Positions 56,030-64,000 of a DNA stretch of 64,000 bases are shown piece after piece. The stretch's first letter is position 1. Each line of letters begins with the position of its first letter. The translations under genes were made by a program, and so were the position numbers. Origin of the DNA: Eledone cirrhosa (Eukaryota). The notes below the pieces were generated by a model, which was given only the letters and a program-made list of their open reading frames with translations, did no database searches and was not told the origin of the DNA. The stretch lies in NCBI GenBank assembly GCA_964016885.1, contig OZ024757.1, positions 1,364,001 to 1,428,000 on the forward strand, in the 5' to 3' direction.

Positions 56030-59000
56030 AGACATCACTTTCAGAAACTCCTGTCTCACTTCCGCCACATGATATTGTACATCTGGCACCACCTATATTG
56101 TAAACAGTACTGTCAGAAACTCCTGTCTCACTTCCACCACATGATATTTTACATCTGGCACCACCTATATGGTACACATTACTGTCAGAAACTCCTGTCT
56201 CACCTCCACCACATGTTATTGTACATCTGGCACCAACTATATAGTAGACATTCCTGTCTCCCCTCCATCACATGTTATTGTACATCTGGCACCACCTATA
56301 TGGTAGACATTACTGTCAGAAACTCCTGTCTCACCTCCACCACATGTTATTGTACATCTGGCACCACCTATATGGAAGACATTCCTGTCAGAAACACCTG
56401 TCTCACTTCCTCAACATGATATTGTACATCTGGCACCACCTATATGGTAGACATTCCTGTCAGAAACTCCTGTCTCCCCTCCTCCACATGTTATTGTATA
56501 TCTGGTACCACCTATATGGTAGACATCACTGTCAGAAACTCCGGTCTCACCTCCACTACATGATATTGTACATCTGGCACCACCTATATGGTACACATTA
56601 CTGTCAGAAACTCCTGTCTCACCTCCACCTCATGATATTGTACATCTGGCACCACCTATATGGTTAACATTACTGTCAGAAAATCCTGTCTCACCTCCAC
56701 CACATGATATCATACATCTGGCACCACCTATATGGTACACATTACTGTCACAAACTCCTGTCTCATCTCCACCACATGATATTGTACATCTGGCACCACC
56801 TATATGGTACACATTATTGTCAGAAACTCCTGTCTCACCTCCAGCACATGATATTGTACATCTGGTACCACCTATATGGTAGCTATTACTGTCAGAAACT
56901 CCTGTCTCACCTTCTCCACATGATATTGTACATCTGGAACTACCTATATGTTAGACATTACTATCAGAAACTCCTGTCTCACCTCCACCACATGATATTG
57001 TACATCTGGCACCACCTATATGGTAGCCATTACTGTCAGAAACTCCTGTCTCACCTCTACCACATGATATTGTATATCTGGCACCACCTATATGGTAGAC
57101 ATCCCTGCCAGAAACTCTTGTCTCACCTCCACCACATGTTATTGTACATCTGGCACCACCTATATGGTAGATATCACTGCCAGAAACTCCTGTCTCACCT
57201 CCACCACATGTTATTGTACATCTGGCACCACCTATATGGTAGACATCACTGTCAGAAACTCCTGTCTCACCTCCACCACATGATATTGTACATTTGGCAC
57301 CACCTATATGGTAGACAGTACTGTCAGTAACTCCTGTCTCACCTCCACCACATGTTATTCTACATCTGGCACCACCTATATGGTACACATTACTGTCAGA
57401 AACTCCGTCTCACCTCCACCACATTATATTCTACATCTGGCACCACCTATATGGTACACATTACTGTCAGAAACTCCTGTCTCACCTCCACAACATGATA
57501 TTGTACATTTGGCACCACCTATATGGTAGCCATTAGTGTCAGAAACTCCTGTCTCACGTCCACCACATGATATTGTACATCTGGCACCACCTATATGGAG
57601 ACACAACTGCCAGAAACTCCTGTCTCACCTCCACCACATGTTATTGTACATCTAGGACCACCTATATGGTAGACATCACTGCCAGAAACTCCTGCCTCAC
57701 CTCCACCACATGTTATTGTACATCTGGCACCACCTATATGGTAGACATCACTGTCAGAAACTCTTGTCTCACCTCCACCACATGTTATTGTACATCTGGC
57801 ACCACCTATATGGTAGACATCACTGTCAGAAACTCTTGTCTCACCTCCACCACATGTTATCGTACAACTGGCACCACCTATATGGTACACATTACTGCCA
57901 GAAACTCCTGTCTCACCTCCACCACATGATATTGTACATCTGGCACCACCTATATGGTACACATTACTGTCAGAAACTCCTGTCTCACTTCCACCACATG
58001 ACATTGTACATCTGGCACCACCTATATGGTAGACATCACTGTCAGAAACTCCTGTCTCACCTCCACCACATGATATTGTACATCTGGCACCAAATATATG
58101 GTAGACAGTACTGTCAGAAACTCCTGTCTCACATCCACCACATGTATATTGTATATCTGGCACCACCTATATGGTAGACATTACTGTCAGAAACTCCTGT
58201 CTCACCTCCTCCACATGATATTGTACATCTGGCACCACCTATATGGTAGACATTACTGTCAGAAACTCCTGTCTCACCTCCACCACATGATATTCTACAT
58301 CTGGCACCATCTAGATGGTAGACATCACTGCCAGAAACTCCTGTCTCACCTCCACCTCATGTTATTGTACATCTGGCACCACCTATATGGTAGACATCAC
58401 TGCCAGAAACTCCTGTCTCATCTCCACCACATGTTATTGTACATCTGGCACCACCTATATGGTAGACATCACTGTCAGAAACTCCTGTCTCACCTCCACC
58501 ACATGATATTGTACATTTGGCACCACCTATATGGTAGACATTACTGTCAGAAACTCCTGTCTCACCTCCACCACATGATATTCTACATCTGGCACCACCT
58601 AGATGGTAGACATCACTGCCAGAAACTCTTGTCTCACCTCCACCACATGTTATTGTACATCTGGCACCACCTATATGGTAGATATCACTGCCAGAAACTC
58701 CTGTCTCACCTCCACCACATGTTATTGTACATCTGGCACCACCTATATGGTAGACATCACTGTCAGAAACTCCTGTCTCACCTCCACCACATGATATTGT
58801 ACATTTGGCACCACCTATATGGTAGACAGTACTGTCAGTAACTCCTGTCTCACTTCCACCACATGTTATTCTACATCTGGCACCACCTATATGGTACACA
58901 TTACTGTCAGAAACTCCGTCTCACCTCCACCACATTATATTGTACATCTGGCACCACCTATATGGTACACATTACTGTCAGAAACTCCTGTCTCACCTCC

Positions 59001-62000
59001 ACAACATGATATTGTACATTTGGCACCACCTATATGGTAGACATCACTTTCAGAAACTCCTGTCTCACTTCCGCCACATGATATTGTACATCTGGCACCA
59101 CCTATATTGTAAACAGTACTGTCAGAAACTCCTGTCTCACTTCCACCACATGATATTTTACATCTGGCACCACCTATATGGTACACATTACTGTCAGAAA
59201 CTCCTGTCTCACCTCCACCACATGTTATTGTACATCTGGCACCAACTATATAGTAGACATTCCTGTCTCCCCTCCATCACATGTTATTGTACATCTGGCA
59301 CCACCTATATGGTAGACATTACTGTCAGAAACTCCTGTCTCACCTCCACCACATGTTATTGTACATCTGGCACCACCTATATGGAAGACATTCCTGTCAG
59401 AAACACCTGTCTCACTTCCTCAACATGATATTGTACATCTGGCACCACCTATATGGTAGACATTCCTGTCAGAAACTCCTGTCTCCCCTCCTCCACATGT
59501 TATTGTATATCTGGTACCACCTATATGGTAGACATCACTGTCAGAAACTCCGGTCTCACCTCCACTACATGATATTGTACATCTGGCACCACCTATATGG
59601 TACACATTACTGTCAGAAACTCCTGTCTCACCTCCACCTCATGATATTGTACATCTGGCACCACCTATATGGTTAACATTACTGTCAGAAAATCCTGTCT
59701 CACCTCCACCACATGATATCATACATCTGGCACCACCTATATGGTACACATTACTGTCACAAACTCCTGTCTCATCTCCACCACATGATATTGTACATCT
59801 GGCACCACCTATATGGTACACATTATTGTCAGAAACTCCTGTCTCACCTCCAGCACATGATATTGTACATCTGGTACCACCTATATGGTAGCTATTACTG
59901 TCAGAAACTCCTGTCTCACCTTCTCCACATGATATTGTACATCTGGAACTACCTATATGTTAGACATTACTATCAGAAACTCCTGTCTCACCTCCACCAC
60001 ATGATATTGTACATCTGGCACCACCTATATGGTAGCCATTACTGTCAGAAACTCCTGTCTCACCTCTACCACATGATATTGTATATCTGGCACCACCTAT
60101 ATGGTAGACATCCCTGCCAGAAACTCTTGTCTCACCTCCACCACATGTTATTGTACATCTGGCACCACCTATATGGTAGATATCACTGCCAGAAACTCCT
60201 GTCTCACCTCCACCACATGTTATTGTACATCTGGCACCACCTATATGGTAGACATCACTGTCAGAAACTCCTGTCTCACCTCCACCACATGATATTGTAC
60301 ATTTGGCACCACCTATATGGTAGACAGTACTGTCAGTAACTCCTGTCTCACCTCCACCACATGTTATTCTACATCTGGCACCACCTATATGGTACACATT
60401 ACTGTCAGAAACTCCGTCTCACCTCCACCACATTATATTCTACATCTGGCACCACCTATATGGTACACATTACTGTCAGAAACTCCTGTCTCACCTCCAC
60501 AACATGATATTGTACATTTGGCACCACCTATATGGTAGCCATTAGTGTCAGAAACTCCTGTCTCACGTCCACCACATGATATTGTACATCTGGCACCACC
60601 TATATGGAGACACAACTGCCAGAAACTCCTGTCTCACCTCCACCACATGTTATTGTACATCTAGGACCACCTATATGGTAGACATCACTGCCAGAAACTC
60701 CTGCCTCACCTCCACCACATGTTATTGTACATCTGGCACCACCTATATGGTAGACATCACTGTCAGAAACTCTTGTCTCACCTCCACCACATGTTATTGT
60801 ACATCTGGCACCACCTATATGGTAGACATCACTGTCAGAAACTCTTGTCTCACCTCCACCACATGTTATCGTACAACTGGCACCACCTATATGGTACACA
60901 TTACTGCCAGAAACTCCTGTCTCACCTCCACCACATGATATTGTACATCTGGCACCACCTATATGGTACACATTACTGTCAGAAACTCCTGTCTCACTTC
61001 CACCACATGACATTGTACATCTGGCACCACCTATATGGTAGACATCACTGTCAGAAACTCCTGTCTCACCTCCACCACATGATATTGTACATCTGGCACC
61101 AAATATATGGTAGACAGTACTGTCAGAAACTCCTGTCTCACATCCACCACATGTATATTGTATATCTGGCACCACCTATATGGTAGACATTACTGTCAGA
61201 AACTCCTGTCTCACCTCCTCCACATGATATTGTACATCTGGCACCACCTATATGGTAGACATTACTGTCAGAAACTCCTGTCTCACCTCCACCACATGAT
61301 ATTCTACATCTGGCACCATCTAGATGGTAGACATCACTGCCAGAAACTCCTGTCTCACCTCCACCTCATGTTATTGTACATCTGGCACCACCTATATGGT
61401 AGACATCACTGCCAGAAACTCCTGTCTCATCTCCACCACATGTTATTGTACATCTGGCACCACCTATATGGTAGACATCACTGTCAGAAACTCCTGTCTC
61501 ACCTCCACCACATGATATTGTACATTTGGCACCACCTATATGGTAGACATTACTGTCAGAAACTCCTGTCTCACCTCCACCACATGATATTCTACATCTG
61601 GCACCACCTAGATGGTAGACATCACTGCCAGAAACTCTTGTCTCACCTCCACCACATGTTATTGTACATCTGGCACCACCTATATGGTAGATATCACTGC
61701 CAGAAACTCCTGTCTCACCTCCACCACATGTTATTGTACATCTGGCACCACCTATATGGTAGACATCACTGTCAGAAACTCCTGTCTCACCTCCACCACA
61801 TGATATTGTACATTTGGCACCACCTATATGGTAGACAGTACTGTCAGTAACTCCTGTCTCACTTCCACCACATGTTATTCTACATCTGGCACCACCTATA
61901 TGGTACACATTACTGTCAGAAACTCCGTCTCACCTCCACCACATTATATTGTACATCTGGCACCACCTATATGGTACACATTACTGTCAGAAACTCCTGT

Positions 62001-62050
62001 CTCACCTCCACAACATGATATTGTACATTTGGCACCACCTATATGGTAGC
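56030..62050. repeat. 3009-bp (42-monomer) tandem duplication
   Basis: TAAACAGTAC occurs at 56101 and 59110. ORF offsets 56704/59713, 57567/60576 and 58098/61107 are all 3009. 42 x 72 - 15 fits the variants (-13, 3 x -1, +1). Confidence 0.92.
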
Positions 62051-64000
62051 CATTAGTGTCAGAAACTCCTGTCTCACCTCCACCACATGATATTGTACAT
62101 CTGGCACCACCTATATGGAGACATCACTGCCAGAAACTCCTGTCTCACCTCCACCACATGTTATTGTACATCTAGCACCACCTATATGGTAGACATCACT
62201 GCCAGAAACTCCTGTCTCACCTCCACCACATGTTATTGTACATCTGGCACCACCTATATGGTAGACATCACTGTCAGAAACTCTTGTCTCACCTCCACCA
62301 CATGTTATTGTACATCTGGCACCACCTATATGGTAGACAGTACTGTCAGAAACTCTTGTCTCACCTCCACCACATGTTATCGTACATCTGGCACCACCTA
62401 TATGGTACACATTACTGCCAGAAACTCCTGTCTCACCTCCACCACATGATATTGTATATCTGGCACCACCTATATGGTACACATTACTGTCAGAAACTCC
62501 TGTCTCACTTCCACCACATGATATTGTACATCTGGCACCACCTATATGGTAGACATCACTGTCAGAAACTCCTGTCTCACCTCCACCACATGATATTGTA
62601 CATCTGGCACCAAATATATGGTAGACAGTACTGTCAGAAACTCCTGTCTCACATCCACCACATGTATATTGTATATCTGGCACCACCTATATGGTAGACA
62701 TTACTGTCAGAAACTCCTGTCTCACCTCCTCCACATGATATTGTACATCTGGCACCACCTATATGGTGGACATTACTGTCAGAAACTCCTGTCTCATCTC
62801 CACCACATGATATTCTACATCTGGCACCACCTAGATGGTAGACATCACTGCCAGAAACTCCTGTCTCACCTCCACCTCATGTTATTGTACATCTGGCACC
62901 ACCTATATGGTAGACATCACTGCCAGAAACTCCTGTCTCACCTCCACCACATGTTATTGTACATCTGGCACCACCTATATGGTAGACATCACTGTCAGAA
63001 ACTCCTGTCTCACCTCCACCACATGATATTGTACATCTGGCACCACCTATATGGTAGCCATTACTGTCAGAAACTCCTGTCTCACCTCCACCACATGATA
63101 TTGTACATCTGGCACCACCTATATAGTAGACATTACTGTCAGAAACTCCTGTCTCACCTCCACCACATGATATTGTACATCTGGCACCACCTAGATGGTA
63201 GACATCACTGCCAGAAACTCCTGTATCACCTCCACCACATGTTATTGTACATGTGGCACCACCTATATGGTAGACATCACTGCCAGAAACTCCTGTCTCA
63301 CCTCCACCACATGTTATTGTACATCGGGCACCACCTATATGGTAGACATCACTGTCAGAAACTCCTGTCTCACCTCCACCACATGATATTGTACATCTGG
63401 CACCACCTATATGGTACACATTACTGTCAGAAACTCCTGTCTCACATCCTCCACATGATAGTGTACATCTGGCACCACCTATATTGTAGACATTACTCTC
63501 AGAAACTCCTGTCTCACTTCCACCACATGATATTGTACATCTGGCACCACCTATATTGTAGACATTACTGTCAGAAACTCCTGTCTCACCTCCACCACAT
63601 GATATTGTACATCTGGCACCACCTATATTGTAGACAGGACTGTCAGAAACTCCTGTCTCACCTCCACCACATGTTATTGTACATCTGGCACCACCTATAT
63701 AGTAGACATTCCTGTCTCCCCTCCATCACATGTTATTGTACATCTGGCACCACCTATATGGTAGACATTACTGTCAGAAACTCCTGTCTCACCTCCACCA
63801 CATGTTATTGTACATCTGGCACCACCTATATGGTACACATTACTGCCAGAAACTCCTGTCTCACCTCCACCACATGTTATTGTACATCTGGCACCACCTA
63901 TATGGAAGACATTCCTGTCAGAAACTCCTGTCTCACTTCCTCAACATGATATTGTACATCTGGCACCACCTATATGGTAGACATTCCTGTCAGAAACTCC

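Larger units (their letters stand above)
14826..64000. repeat. 72-bp tandem satellite array, ~690 monomers, head-to-tail, truncated by the window end
   Basis: The 72-bp consensus repeats continuously from TGGTAGACATTACTGTC at 14826, with 24-aa periodicity in all translated frames. Recurrent length variants are 59, 60, 71, 73 and 75 bp, plus a single 45-bp unit at ~15348. No inversion or foreign insertion seen. Confidence 0.99.

Noticed and set aside
14795-63419. Minus-strand 24-aa repeat YHIGGARCTISCGGGETGVSDSNV resembling the thrombospondin type-1 CSxTCGGG motif
   Set aside because: It lacks the WSxWS and RxR elements and the other cysteines of TSP1. The frame is repeatedly broken by -1, -13 and +1 indels and stops that are themselves amplified in HORs.
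14851-63949. Plus-strand His/Cys-rich repeat (MILYIWHHLYGRHYCQKLLSHLHH) as a zinc-finger or metal-binding protein
   Set aside because: There is no C-x2/4-C...H-x3-H spacing or TGEKP linker, stops and frameshifts are frequent, and His richness simply reflects CAC/CAT-rich DNA.
1-64000. CRISPR array (32-bp unit, or 72 bp as repeat plus spacer)
   Set aside because: Units are directly adjacent and similar along their whole length. There are no unique spacers, no leader and no cas genes.
14826-64000. Centromeric identity (2 x 72 = 144 bp, close to nucleosome core length; HOR structure)
   Set aside because: This is a numerical coincidence without a dimeric A/B monomer alternation or a recognisable CENP-B box. 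It cannot be claimed without CENP-A ChIP or cytogenetics.

Overview
This window is almost entirely non-coding tandem-repeat DNA, typical of eukaryotic satellite or heterochromatin; the organism cannot be identified from the sequence. It has three parts. (1) A 32-bp satellite at 1-14439 (~455 monomers, open at the left edge; consensus AACAACACACCTGTACCWGTAGACTGRRGTRG). (2) A 386-bp junction at 14440-14825 containing a short, diverged ~42-bp minisatellite. (3) A 72-bp satellite at 14826-64000 (~690 monomers, open at the right edge; consensus GGTAGACATTACTGTCAGAAACTCCTGTCTCACCTCCACCACATGATATTGTACATCTGGCACCACCTATAT). Both arrays show nested higher-order duplications: 250, 736, 2033 and ~3709 bp in the first, and ~1.4, 2.7, 3.0, 4.1, 5.0, ~7.2 and 10.4/14.5 kb in the second. 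All long ORFs, including the 3747-, 3533- and 2166-aa ones, are best explained as translations of repeats that happen to lack stop codons. I find no gene, RNA gene, transposon or CRISPR array, and I cannot support a new protein-coding system. The real signal is the evolutionary structure of the arrays and their junction. Higher-order repeat (HOR) boundaries were read by eye and are approximate to about one monomer.
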